NCBI RefSeq assembly: GCF_018350175.1
Contig: NC_058373.1
Span: forward strand, 113,648,001-113,712,000
DNA from: Felis catus
Lineage: Eukaryota
DNA length: 64,000 nucleotides
Reading direction: 5' to 3'
Shown: piece by piece, positions 1-12,216 of the stretch
How positions within the stretch are numbered: the first letter of the stretch is position 1
How the letters are laid out: each line of letters begins with the position of its first letter
Translations under genes and position numbers: made by a program
The notes under the pieces: model-generated
What the model was told of the DNA's origin: nothing
The model's input: only the letters and a program-made list of their open reading frames with translations
The model's database searches: none

Positions 1-900
1 TCATGCAAAAGCAAAAGTCATCTCCAAAGGAGAAAACTAGACTGTTCTCAGATTTCTCCACAACAGAGTGCAACACTGGAAGAACAGTATCAACAAAGTG
101 TTTTCTCTTTCTTTCTTTCTTTTTTCTTTTCTTCCTTTTTTATTTCTTGAGAGACAGCATGCAGGAGCAGGGGAGGGACAGAGGGAGAGGGAGGGGGAGA
201 GAATCTTAAGCAGGCTCCATGGTCAACGCCAGCACAGAGCCCAGTGTGGGGCTAGATCTCACAACTGTGAGATCAAGAACTGAGCTGAAATCAAGAGTTG
301 GATGCTCAACTGACTGAGCCATCCAGATGCCCCAACAAAGTGCTGATAAAAGAAGGTATGACTCAAAGTATGACCCAAGAGCATTGTATCTAGCTAGCCA
401 TGTTGTTTCTGAGGAATAAAGGCAATAGGCATATAAATCCTCAAATATGAAAAAATCTAGAGAATATAGCATCTGTGAGATCTTTCTGAAAAATGTACTT
501 GTTAAAATGGAGTCAACCAAGATATGGCTCAGAATAAAAACTGGTTGTGATTATTAAATACATTTAGATATAAATGTAAGATTTAGCAACAATGGAAACT
601 GGTAAGGGAACAGAATGTAAACGTTATACAACATGGCGAAGTAAAGCAAAGGTTGGGAGGTAGGTGGGAGGGAATTGGTAATTGTTAATCTCTTTATCTT
701 TCATAGCAACAAATCCGTCAATACAATCTAAAAGTTAAAAGAGTAATATTAATCTACTGTTTAATAATATTGACCTACTGTTTAAGGTTTTTTAAATCAT
801 TTTTCTTAACTTTGAGGGATTTTTATTTTTCTCAGTTACTGCTTTCTGAGTGAAGAAGCATTTATCTAAGGTTTAAAATTCTTCAGTTTTAGTTTCTATT
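1..900 (+). mobile_element. Old L1/HAL1-type ORF1 remnant, interrupted by a SINE
   Basis: ORF 3..209 reads KTRLFSDFSTTECNTGR (cf. L1 ORF1 IRLxxDFSxETLxARR). After the SINE, gacccaagagcattgtatctagct reads DPRALYLA (cf. PRILYPA). Right boundary approximate. Confidence 0.6.
101..332 (-). mobile_element. Can-SINE, older subfamily
   Basis: T-rich tail, GA tract and head ...aaatcaagagttggatgctcaactgactgagccatccagatgccc; TSD caacaaagtg at 91-100 and 333-342. Confidence 0.93.
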
Positions 901-1594
901 AAGTTCAAGTAAAATTAAATTAATATATATATTTTTAAAGTTAGTGTATTCTCATCCCAGAAATGATAAATTTATTCCTGTTCGTCCATCATCTGTCCCT
1001 GTGACTACCTGTGTTGGGTGATATTCACTAATTTTTAATCCTGAATGTTTCTTGATGTTGAGGTTTTGGATCATTTGTTGCAGTTTTCACTGTATATTTT
1101 GTGTTATTTGAACATTGTGTTATGATATGCATTTTGATGAAAGTGATATAATGAATATATTACCCTGAACAATAGATTTATACTTATACACAGTTTTTTT
1201 AAATACACAGTTTAATATCCTCACTTCTTTTTACATTTATCATGACCTTTCTTTTCTCTTGCCATCATGTTTAATAGCTGCATGGTATTTTATGGCTTTG
1301 ATATATTTCTTCCTCTGATCCTGATCTTTGTTTTTTTCATCTGTAATGACAGAGTTGGATTAGATTAGTAGTTTGCAATCTTTTTCTTTAAACTGTAGAA
1401 TCTTTCCAATAAACAAAACAGTATATAGTTCTTAGAATATAGGTTCAAAGCTCCATGGATTAGGTAATTTCATAGGTTATTCCATTTACCACAAAAACTA
1501 GTTTTTTTCTTAGAAGTATTTTCTTGAGTGACTGCTTTCCATGTGTTAAAAAAAAAAAAGAAATCAGGTAATAGCTATGATCTTTAAAAAATCA

Positions 1595-1765
1595 GTATTT
1601 TAAAGTACAAGGGAAGGGCCTTTAAAAACCATCCAGCCTATTTCCCTAACTTTTTGATATAAGGAAACCAAGTTTAAGTTGCTCGACTAACATTGCCCAG
1701 CCAACTAAAATGAATGAGGCTTGAGCCCTGATCCTGACTTCCAATCTGTTCCTTCTCCCACAGTA
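1595..1765 (-). mobile_element. MIR/MIR3 remnant
   Basis: Degenerate MIR-like motifs (ccatccagcc...aggaaacc...cctgacttccaatctgttccttctcccac). Confidence 0.5.
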
Positions 1766-2799
1766 CATGTGAATATATATTTTTAAAAATGATGGGCAGG
1801 AAAGATAACAACTTTATCTTAACCTATTTCACATGTAGACTAACTTGTAAATATCAGGAAATATAATTTATAGTGTATTTATTTTCTTCCTTATAAAAAG
1901 AGATCAGCAGTGCAGGCATTATTGAACTCTTAAGTTCTAAGAGTTAGAAAGGAAAGTGAGTGGGATTCTGGCAAGGAAGAAAGCATTTACTTGTCAAAGA
2001 TTTGGAATTTACTGTGGTTTCTGAGATTAAAATAAGACTAAAACTTGACTTGGCAGAGGATTAAAAACAAAGCAGCTCCAAAGTGTGTGCACATCATGGA
2101 GAAGATGCCATTTTTCCTTCAGGCGTCCAAGGGGGAGGGGAACATTGTTTCTTTGTGTTGCCGGAGCTGATTTATTCAGTTATGATTTCAACATGTCTAC
2201 AAGGCAAACCCCAGAAAACATTGCACAACAACATCAACCAGAACAAATGGTGCCCTTTTTTTTTCTATATCCCCCCTCTTAAGAGTTTTCAAATAAAACA
2301 CAGCAGTGTTTTTTGTTATTTTGTTTTCAGATTGTTTAAATGGCTCTGATTATGTTTGACTATTAGGAGTGGCAGGTTTTAGAATCCTAAGTGGTAGTAC
2401 AGGTTCCTGAACAAGAAAGAGAATTAAAGGTGATGTGACTTGATTATTGGAATGTGTAGAATGCAGACTTGTGAGAGGTATTATGGTCTGCCGCAGGCTG
2501 CTCTTGGTAATAGACCTTCTTGTTAAAAGCCCTATTATTATTGGAAATTTATTTTGGAAACTACTAAAAAAGAAATTTGACAGAAAAGTAAAACAAACCT
2601 CCTTGTCTCATATTTCCTTTCCACGTAGGGACTTTGAAGAGGTACCTTAAATATTGTCAAGTCTCAATTATCCTGGAATGGGTTAGCATTATTAGCATCC
2701 TCACAAACTTGACTTAAATGCACATGGCTTTACACTGGGTGCAGCACAGAGAAAATTAGCAAACAAGATCATTATCCTTTTGGAGCTTACTAAGAGTTG

Positions 2800-3460
2800 A
2801 TATGCCAGCATGTAGCTCAACAATTTCCAAACTCAGTTTTCCACACACTCTCTAAACAAACCCCCCTTTCCCTATTCTCTCTCTTCTCTAATGGCCTCCC
2901 CATCCTCTCAGCTGGAAACCTCACATACATCTTGAGTCCTTATGTTTTCTTAGTCTCCACAACCAATCTATCAACAAGTCCTATCTCTTCTGTCTCCAAA
3001 ATTGCTTTTGAATATGTTTGTTTCCTTTTCTCCCTTCTCATAGCCATTGCCCTGAACAGGCCCTTTTCACCTTTCATTTCAGTTCTTAGGAGAGCTGCTT
3101 ATCTATTTCAGGCTTTCCTTTTCCAAGCCATCCTCCATAATGCTGTCAAATTTCTTTAAAGACAGATCTAATCATATCTTTCTCTGGCTTAAAAACCCAT
3201 GATGGGTCCCTATTACATTGAAGGGATAAAGTCTACCTCCTTAGGTTGTCATGCAAGTGTTTCATAATGTGGCCCCCAGTCTGTTTATTCTCACTTTATT
3301 TTCTGCCCCAATCCCTGCCCCTACTCCCCATCCTGACTCTCTGCTGCCAAGCACACATGTACATTCACTCTGTCCTACCTGTTTCCTTGTAGTTCCCTGA
3401 GCTTGCTCTCTTCTGTGCTTTTGATCATACCGTTTCTTGCTCCATACACACAGAATACTC
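2800..3460 (+). mobile_element. L2 fragment
   Basis: Pyrimidine-rich L2-like motifs (ggaaacctcacatacatcttgagtcc, caatctatcaacaagtcct, acagatctaatcatatc, ttaaaaacccatgatgggtccc). Confidence 0.7.
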
Positions 3461-5309
3461 TTCTTTGATAAACTGCTTGTATGGAACAACTGAGGAAACC
3501 AAGACTTTACAAAGAATACTCTTGACAAAATAGGACAAAAGAAACAAGTCATGTGTACAGAACCAAGCATTAGGGACAACCATTAGAGCAGAGGTCAGAT
3601 TAGGAGCTGTAGACTACTTCTACCTGAGGCCAGCCAGGAGAAAGGACTTAATTCCAGAAGGTACTGGAGCCAGAGCAGTGATGAGCTAGTTTGTAACAGT
3701 ATTAGAGGAGTGCCTCCTTCTGATTACTATAGATAGCCAAGAGCCAGCTCCTATTTTTATAGGTCGAGGATAGGAGAAAAAAGCCATAGTAGATTCCTGG
3801 TATAGTTCATGAATTAAGAATTACCCCCATCTACCTACTACTCCTGACTTATTTCACTTAACAAGGGAGTAAAGAATAGGTAAGAACTCACTAAGAGCCT
3901 TCACACTGATGCATTGTTAAGAGTCAACAGGACAGAGCCAGAGATGGCACGTTTAAGGAGTAAACTGAATGAAGGAAAATAGTGGCTCTTGACCTTGAGT
4001 TCATAAGGAAGCAGAGGCTTTCTCATGCTTGTGTGCCTAGGCCTGCTTCTGCCTGACCTTTGCATATTCCTGATTAACTTTTGTCCTTTTGTACTTGTCT
4101 TGATTCTTTTTTACAAGTTCTTTTTTATTATGTAAGTAATATATTCACATCTTCAGAGCATTGAGATTGTGGAGGCTACTTTGACATTCCTATCCCAATC
4201 CCATCATCCCAATCCTAATCATCTCCCCACAGACATCAGAAAATGACTATTTTCAGTCTGGGGTCTCTCCTTCAGACCTTTTTCTATGCACTGACTTAGA
4301 GGTAGACATGCAGGTAGGTAGATAGGTTATGAAAAACATATAGTATTGCTCTGGATGTGTGTTTGGGTGTCTTTTCGCCCCACAGAAGTGGTATCATATA
4401 CTGCCTCTAATTCGGTATACTTCCTTTTTAGAATCTATAATATATCTTGGAGATCTTTTCATATTAGTACATACAGATGATTTATCACATTTTTTCACCT
4501 TCTACCACATAGTGTCATCTCTGGGCTAGCTTGTCCTTTTCCTCTTCTCATGATAATCTCATATGGATGATTAGTAGGTAATAGAGAAAAAAATTACAAC
4601 AAGCAAGTGTTGATCCTGCTGCCAATTAAATAAGGAAGGAGCTTGCAGTTGCTGGCTGGGGGAAGAATGTTTTCCTTAAAAATTAGACTGTCTTAGAAAC
4701 ATTGTTGGACCCAGTTCAAAGGACATCACTGACGTTAACACTTTACCCCCTCCCTTTTTCCTCTCCTACCCCCCAATTACTGGCATTGCTGGAAATTAAA
4801 TATAACCAGGGCTGTTTGTGGTATGTATACATCTGGTTTTCCCTTTTCTATATGCCTAAGTCCTCTCTCCTCAATTGCTTCTGTTTAGCAATTAATTTAA
4901 ATTCCCAAATTAATTCAGGGAGCAAATTTGGAATCTGTAAAATGAAGGTGTTAGGTGATCTTTTAGGGATTTTTTAAAGTTTTAGACAATTTTAGAGAAT
5001 ACATTCTGATAAACTGAAACTTTTCTGTGCTTGATGTAGATTGTGGTTCATTATGAGTATAGATAATTTAATAACATTGAAATAGATGAAACTTGTGCTA
5101 CTTATTTGTCACTCTTCCCTTGAATGTTTCCTTTAATGTTCAAAGTAAGCCATTCAAAGGACTTCATAACTGTCAAGTATTAATGTTACCACCAAAAATG
5201 TAGGACTGAGTCAAAGTGAAGGGGAAGTTCTGAGAAAGTACTTGTGAGATGTTTGCACTTATTATACATTTTTGAGCGTTTAAATATTTAAGACGTACCA
5301 TCATCTACC

Positions 5310-5430
5310 AGGAGCAAAGGGTTAGGAGTCAGGAATTGGGGAGTCAGTCCCAGCCCATCACTGACTCACTTTGTGATGGCAGGTCACTCCTTGCTCTTAA
5401 ATTTCTCCATCTGTAACACGTAATAGATTA
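5310..5430 (+). mobile_element. MIR remnant
   Basis: ggagtcaggaattggggagtcagtcccagcccatcactgactcactttgtgatggcaggtcact...aaatttctccatctgtaa resembles the MIR core. Confidence 0.6.
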
Positions 5431-5580
5431 TTTCTGAGTCTTAACTTACCCAGGGATGTTTTCTGAAATAATAAAGATAACCACTGCCAGTTATTTTGTG
5501 TTGCTTGGTAAAAGATTCTGTATAAATTAATAGCAGTAGGGTGGTGTTTGCATTATTTAAGAAAGTTCTTGAAAGTGAGA

Positions 5581-5672
5581 AAAGTACTTTTCTTTAGTAC
5601 TTTAGCACTAAAGTACTTTAGTACTTTAGTACTTTTCTTTAGTACTTTAGTAAAAGTTAGTACTTTTACTAA
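5581..5672. repeat. Local AGTACT-based direct/inverted repeat patchwork
   Basis: Seven AGTACT copies; 23-bp direct repeat at 5583-5605/5628-5650; 16-bp palindrome at 5607-5622. Confidence 0.9.
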
Positions 5673-8069
5673 CATAAAAGTAAAAGTGTATAACATTGTA
5701 GGAGTAAATCCAAGGTGTTTTTACATACATAGCTCTTTCCAACTCTAGTATTCTGAGTCATTTGCTGCGTTTTACAAGTTAGTAACCCATATTTGTTTGT
5801 TTTTTTGTGGGGGGGGGGCAGGGGTATATTTGTATTTTTATGTTGTTCAAATATACTCCATGAGTTCTGTCACTTAGACAATCTTGGAATAGAAAATCAT
5901 ATGTAAAATTTGCCACTTTATTTGAATTCTAACCCTTTCTGTGGAGTTACTGTGTCAGGTTCTCTTTCTGAATTCTACTTTTCACCTTGTGATTGATTGC
6001 TTCTTGTTACAAAAACATGAAGGGACTCTTCACCTCCTTGCAAAAGACCTGTTGTTCTTTTGGTTGATGCAAAACACCAGTAAACTCTCTTAAGGAAAAA
6101 ACAATTGTAGATGAAAGGAGATATTTATTTGAGGAAGAGTTTAAAGAAATACATTCTTTCTCATTGTACTTCTTTCCAAATTGATGTCACCCCGAGGGGA
6201 TGTGAGAATTTTTTCAAAGTTTAATGTGCAACTGGTGAACAAAACTGACCCTTGATCGCATACAGCCCAGCAGTGTTTGCTGTGTGTTTTCTGCATCTGG
6301 AGACTATTCTGTTATGATTTGAAAAATTAAGATTACAATTTTTAAAGTATATATTTCACAATCAAAGTATTTATAAACACATATGAATCTTGTATAACCT
6401 ATGCTGAAACAGAATGGTTATGTTTATATCTCAGTAGGTAAACTACTCTGGAATGCTTCAAACCAGTCTCAGCTGAAACAAGACATTTTGAACTATGTTG
6501 TAAAGATGGATCTGTTTTCTTATTCAGCAGTTTCATATGAATTTTGAAAGATGGCTGGTGTTGAGTTAGTCCCGCATTTAAGTTTGTTTACTTCTTATGC
6601 GAGTAGAACATGTTTTCCTTCTATCTGTAGACTTAGTAGTTGGTCTTGGAGTATAGCTTTGCAGGTAAAACAAGGCTGCTTTTTGATTCCTCTTGAAGTT
6701 TAGAATTCAAATCAGTCAAGTGACCAAGCAGGGCAATTGGAGAGGATACCACTGACATACTTTAATCTGTTGTTTTTCCTCTCTTTGCTTGCAAACTTCA
6801 ACTGAATTGCAGCTTTGTATTCTAAAAAATTGTTATTAAAATGAAGGCAGTTTGATAGTGTTATAGAAAATTTGGAAAATGGAGAGAGGGGAATGAACTG
6901 TAATATATAGGATTTTAACTGGGTCTTGAAGAATACATGGTTCTTAATATATTCCAGACCGCCTCTTGGGCATATTTTTGTTCTGTGTGACTAGTATGTT
7001 ATACGTGCATATGGCTAGATAATTTGAGATTTATTTAATTCAGTGGAGGCAGACATTTTAAAGTTGTAGAGATGACTTTCACTGTGAATGAATTTAAGAT
7101 AGAAGATAGCATTGCAACATTAGTGCATTCTTCTGCCTTTAAGAATGGAACCACATTTTTTTTTTTTTGCATAAAAATAATGATTGGGCTCCCAAGATAG
7201 TTTGAGTGCCTTATGCATGTTTTAGCTGGCAATAATCTTAGCCATCTTGTATTCAGCATCTGGTTTATACATGAGACCCCTATAATTAGCCAGTAGTACT
7301 TCTCGGCCTTGTCTTTCACAAAGATTTATAGTATACTTCAGGTGGTGTCAGACAGCAGGCAGAATAGTGAATAGCTAACTCTAGTAATTAAAAAAAAATT
7401 GCCTCCCTGATACCAGTATTATTAAAATATGATTTAAAAAATCATCTTCTCTCATCATTTGACATGATTAATAACCTTACTTTCTGAAAAACCTAAGAAG
7501 TTTAAGCTTCTTGTATGTGGTTTTGGGGCCTTAGGAAAGCTGGAAGAACCTGGGCTTTAGAGATGATAGGCTCGTGATGTGTTCTGGAGTGTTATGCAAG
7601 GAGGAATTATTAGGCCAGGTGCCTTTCACGTCTGTTGTATTTGCCGGAGCCAAAAATCAAAGGAACAAGAGTGTCTCAGGAAAAATATATTTTCTTCCCA
7701 GAGCAAGATGGCTTTTTAATACCTGTAAGAGTCCAGATTATATGTAATCAATATAAAAAAAAAGGCAGGTTTGTTTTCTGAGTGGTTATCAAGTTGATAC
7801 ACACTCCTGTTGCTGTATTCTGCTTAAACTGTAATTATCAGAGAAATCTTGTTAAGGAGAATTTTCTGAAGTGAAGCCGGCTAATTACATCAGACCCTTT
7901 GGCTTTATGTAGAGTTATTAGCATGGCATGAACTGAGAGCTGATTGTGTAACCTATTCATTTGGAAAAATCCTTCACCTCAAACTTTGTTTCAAATCCAT
8001 GACTTCTAATGGAAAAGGCACGGTGAGAGGCAACACTAGATTTCTAAACCCGCTTTCCTTAAAAATCTC

Positions 8070-8465
8070 TGACCAAATTGCCCTGTATGAATAGATGCCA
8101 ACAAGGGTTTGAGATTGGTTAGTTTCAGGACATCTTATTTAAACCGTCTCCTAGGGAAAGGTCTATACTGGCTAGTCCTATAAATATCAAAATTATCAAC
8201 ATGGTGATGACAATGTAATTAGCCACATCTATCAGCAGTGTATAATCAACCATATCTAAGGCTGCTGAAAGGTCCACTGTGGTAAAAATTCTGGCTCTAC
8301 TTTTGACTCTCATTAATGACCCTAAGGATTTTGGAGTGAACTCCATAAGTGGCCTTGAATCTAACCTGGAATCTATTGTGTACTTCTAGGTTGGAAAGCT
8401 ACATCAAAACAAAACTCACTTTATAGGTAGGCTATTACAATAGAGTGAGAAATTGGCAGTAAGAA
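8070..8465 (-). mobile_element. Very old L2/CR1-clade LINE reverse-transcriptase fossil
   Basis: Minus-strand peptides FQVRFKATYGVHSKILRVINE and DLSAALDMVDYTLL resemble RT motifs FQSGFRPGxxTETALLRVxND and DLSAAFDTVDH, in the correct order and with a frameshift between them. Confidence 0.6.
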
Positions 8466-9523
8466 GTTTTAGTGAATAGGACCCTCAAAGAAAGCTTAAA
8501 TAAGTGATTGTTGCACTCAGACCTTAAAAACGATTGTTTAAACTGTTAAAGTAAATTTTATGTAAATTGTTCATGCTAAATATTTTCATTATATATTCCT
8601 ATTCCTTTGTACTTCTCATTTGATGAAGTTTTCAAACTGTGGTTTGCTGGAGGGGGAAAAAAAAAAAAACAAAACCCAAACCACATAGGACAAATTGAAT
8701 TACAAACCTGGTGTGGTCTTTTAACTCAATTACATCTAATTTGTGTTATTTTAGTCATCCTGGGTGGCAGCTGTTCTGTGTGAATGCCCATAAACATTTT
8801 CAGTCTAAGATTTGTCCAGATTATAACTTCTTAAGATTGATAGTAGCCTATTTCTATTTTAAGGAACAAAGTTAATCTATTAATTTGGTGTATCAGGACC
8901 ACTTTAAAAGTTAAAAATTTAATTGGTTTATTTTTTACATAGACCTTTGAACATCTAATGTTTTTTAAATGTTAATTTTTATATAAATTTACCTTTTCTT
9001 ATTTCTTAAGTTTCTACTTAAATTTCTCCTAAAAATAGCATCTTAATTACTTCATTACTTAAGTCATTCAGACAGTTATCAATTTGAAGGGAAGGGCATA
9101 CAGAATTTTAGATTCTGATATACCCAAATAAATATTTTGTCATTCTAAGGCAACATTTGGAATGATCTGGAAAGAAAGACACAAGAGAATATGGATTCAG
9201 GGTTGATTGGTTTAGTATAATTGAGATGGAACTTTTAGTTAGAAATGAGTTAAGACTGAGTCTCAAATGCAGTTGCATTTACAGAAATGAAAACATTGAA
9301 ACTCAAGAGACTCATGCACAATTTGACACAGGAACCACTTAAATGGATGGTGTCTAACAATTGATGCTAACTTGCCCACTTTTATTGTCTGGGGATTTAT
9401 CTTTTGAGCAACATACTCAGTTTAATTCACTGAGTATCACTAAGTTGGATAGGAAAAGGACACTCAGATGTCTTTTTAATATCAGAGGTAAAATCTGTAC
9501 AATCAGTAGAAAAATGCAGAAGC

Positions 9524-9681
9524 AGGGCGACTGGGTGGCTCAGTGGGTTGAGCGTCCAACTTTGGCTCAGGTCATGATCTCATGGTTCGTGAGTTCAAGC
9601 CCCACATCAGGCTCGCTGCTGTCAGCACAGAGCACGCTTCAGATCCTCTGTAAGGAGGATCTTTGTCTCTCCCCTGCTGTG

Positions 9682-9713
<32 letters not shown>

Positions 9714-9738
9714 AATAAATAAACATTAAAAAAGAAAA
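9524..9738 (+). mobile_element. Can-SINE (felid type)
   Basis: Head gggcgactgggtggctcag, (CT)n, aataaa tail; TSD agaaaaat(g/a)cagaagc at 9508-9523 and 9739-9754. Confidence 0.95.
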
Positions 9739-10962
9739 AGAAAAATACAGAAGCGAACATACATGATAGAAGAGCCTCAGCTAGTTTTCTAAGGTGGGCA
9801 AGTGGGACAATACTAAGTAGGCAATTACAGTGAAGAGATACTATCCAACAGAGACAGAAATGGAAGAAAAATCTTAACTCCTCAAAAATGATCTGTGATC
9901 TATGAATATGTTTGGAAAGATATTTCTTAAACTATATTCAGTAATTTTCTTTCTTTTTTTAAAAAATCAGATCATGTTTTATTAAAATTTTTGAAAAGTC
10001 TTTACATTTAAATAATTTGGAGATGGCAAACTATTAATATACTCTTCTCAAACTTCTCACTTATGACTACGAGGCATCATGATGAGCATCACACTGTTTT
10101 CACAGGGCCTATACTGAGCCTCATGTTTCTTCCCCAGGACTTAAGACATCATTACCAATCAATTGGATTTGGTACTTGAGATGAAACTTCTTTGCCATCT
10201 TGAGATAGGCAGTCTTTTTTGGTAAAGGAAATTGAAGATGAGTTGGAGTAATTTTCAAATGGCCACTGAAAACCTGCAGTGGATTAGGTATTGTTCTAGG
10301 TACTGACACTTCAAAGATGAATAAGCTATAGGTTCCTGCTTTGGAGGAACTTATGTGTAGTAGGGTTGGCAAACATGTAACTAATTTATAGCACGGTGTG
10401 GTAGGTGATGAGACAGAGGTTTGAATAAATTAAAAGCTTATTTTGTTATGGGGAGAGTACAGGACTTAAGTTAGGACATTAGATCAAAGCAAGTGTTTTT
10501 TTTACAAAATACTACTATACATGAGACTTACAGCCAATTAATCATATATTACATATGATTACATATATTACATAATTACAGCCAATTAATCTATATAGGT
10601 TGACCTATATAGACTTAGGAATATAAATTGATTAAATTTATAGTGTCTATCGGTTGCCTATACTACTTCCCTACCATTCTATTCTTAAAGAAGAAAGTAA
10701 CAATTTGATCACCATTTATTCTAAGCACTTGCTTGTATATTATCTCATTTTAATTAGTTGTGAACTACACCAAATTCAATAACTTTTTTTAAAGCTATAT
10801 TCCTCTTTTATGTCTGACCCTATCTACTTATCTTCTACTTGAAACATTCCTCCCCCGCCCTTCCCCACTCTCCCCCACCCTGGTCTTTTAGTGGCAGTAT
10901 ATTTTCTGGTTCCCCTCCTGCCTTTCTAACCTTACTTGGTGTCATCTTTGCTGGCTTCACTT

Positions 10963-11160
10963 CTGCATTAGTTATCTATTGCTATAGCAAATTATCCTGG
11001 GGAGCCTGGCTGGCTCAGCAGGTGGAACATGTGACTCATGATCTTGAGGTTGTGAGTTTGAGCCCCACATTGGGTGTGGAGATTACTTAAAAAAATCACT
11101 CTAAAATTTAACAGCTTAAAACAATGAACATTTATCATCTCACAGTTTCTGTGGGCTAGT
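10963..11160 (-). mobile_element. MaLR (MLT1) LTR 3'-end fragment
   Basis: tgcattagttatctattgct...aaaatttaacagcttaaaacaatgaacatttatcatctcacagtttctgtggg; split by a short SINE. Confidence 0.7.
10999..11096 (+). mobile_element. Short tRNA-like Can-SINE (no CT tract)
   Basis: ggggagcctggctggctcagcaggtggaacatgtgactcatgatcttgaggttgtgagtttgagccccacattgggtgtggagattacttaaaaaaa. Confidence 0.85.
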
Positions 11161-11616
11161 AATACCACATGCACATGATAGACATCCAGGCATTCAATAA
11201 ATATTGTTGAATCTTCACAAATGGATACTATTATGCTAGTTGAGGTTCTCATCACTTTACACCTAAATGACTCCACCAACTTCTGTTCTGGCTTCCAGTC
11301 TTTACCTTCATGCTGCTGTTAAACCAGCCTTTCTAAAGAAATTCATGCTTCTGCTTCTCTGATTAATAATCACTTCTGATCTTTAAGATCTTTAAAGCCT
11401 AATCTTTAAGTGTATATTAGTCTTTTTGGCATGCAAAAAGTTCCCTAAACCAGCCTCATCCTATTTATTCAACCATGTTTCTTAACAAATACCTACTTTA
11501 CTTAACTGCTTATTTATACCTCATACCAGGCACCGCCCTCATTCTTTATACTATGTTCAGTTTTACTTTTTGTTTTTGGTCTTCATCATTGATTATATAT
11601 ATATTTATATATATAT

Positions 11617-11835
11617 TAAATTTTTTAATGTTTATTATTGACAGGGAGAGAGAGAGACAGAGACAGAGCATGAGTGGAGAAGGGGCAGAGAGAGAGGGAG
11701 ACACAGAATCTGAAACAGGCTCCAGGCTCTGAGCTGTCAGCACAGAGCCCGACGCAGGGCTCGAACTCACGAACCGTGAGATCATGACCTGAGCCGAAAT
11801 CGGATGCTCAACCGACTGAACCACCCAGGCGCCCC
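11617..11835 (-). mobile_element. Can-SINE (SINEC_Fc type)
   Basis: Full body ending ...accgactgaaccacccaggcgcccc. Confidence 0.95.
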
Positions 11836-12216
11836 ATTTTTATATTTTACTGATTCTTTCTTTTTTCTTTAGGTTTGTTTGTTTATTTATTTATTTATTT
11901 GCCCCCTTACTGATTATTTCTTAGCTCAGAACTCATTATGTCCCTTCTACCTTTTTCATGAAGCCACTTTAGACTTCTCTGGTACACTGTAGGTTTTAAT
12001 TTTTGAATTCCTGTTATATTAGTGCCAATACGAAACAGTGTATTTATTTATCTTTAGTTTATTCAGTTAACTTCCCTGCCCACCTAGATTTCCAGTTCTG
12101 TAAAAGCCAGATCCTTTTACTTCTTGCATCTCTGTTGCACTGTGCTCTCTAATACGCGTTGGTTGATTGACTAAAAACTAGAAAACTTGACTTAGTTGTA
12201 AAAAAAACCTCTGTAA

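Noticed and set aside
3460..4000. Possible old LTR or other repeat
   Set aside because: I could not match it to a family or find termini or a TSD.
5581..5672. CRISPR-like or satellite array
   Set aside because: There are no unique spacers or regular period, and the context is eukaryotic.
10138..10287. Possible exon after acceptor tgtttcttccccag
   Set aside because: Stops occur in all three frames and the donors are weak.
10999..11096. tRNA gene
   Set aside because: It is a tRNA-derived short Can-SINE with degenerate stems and an A-tail, inserted in an LTR.
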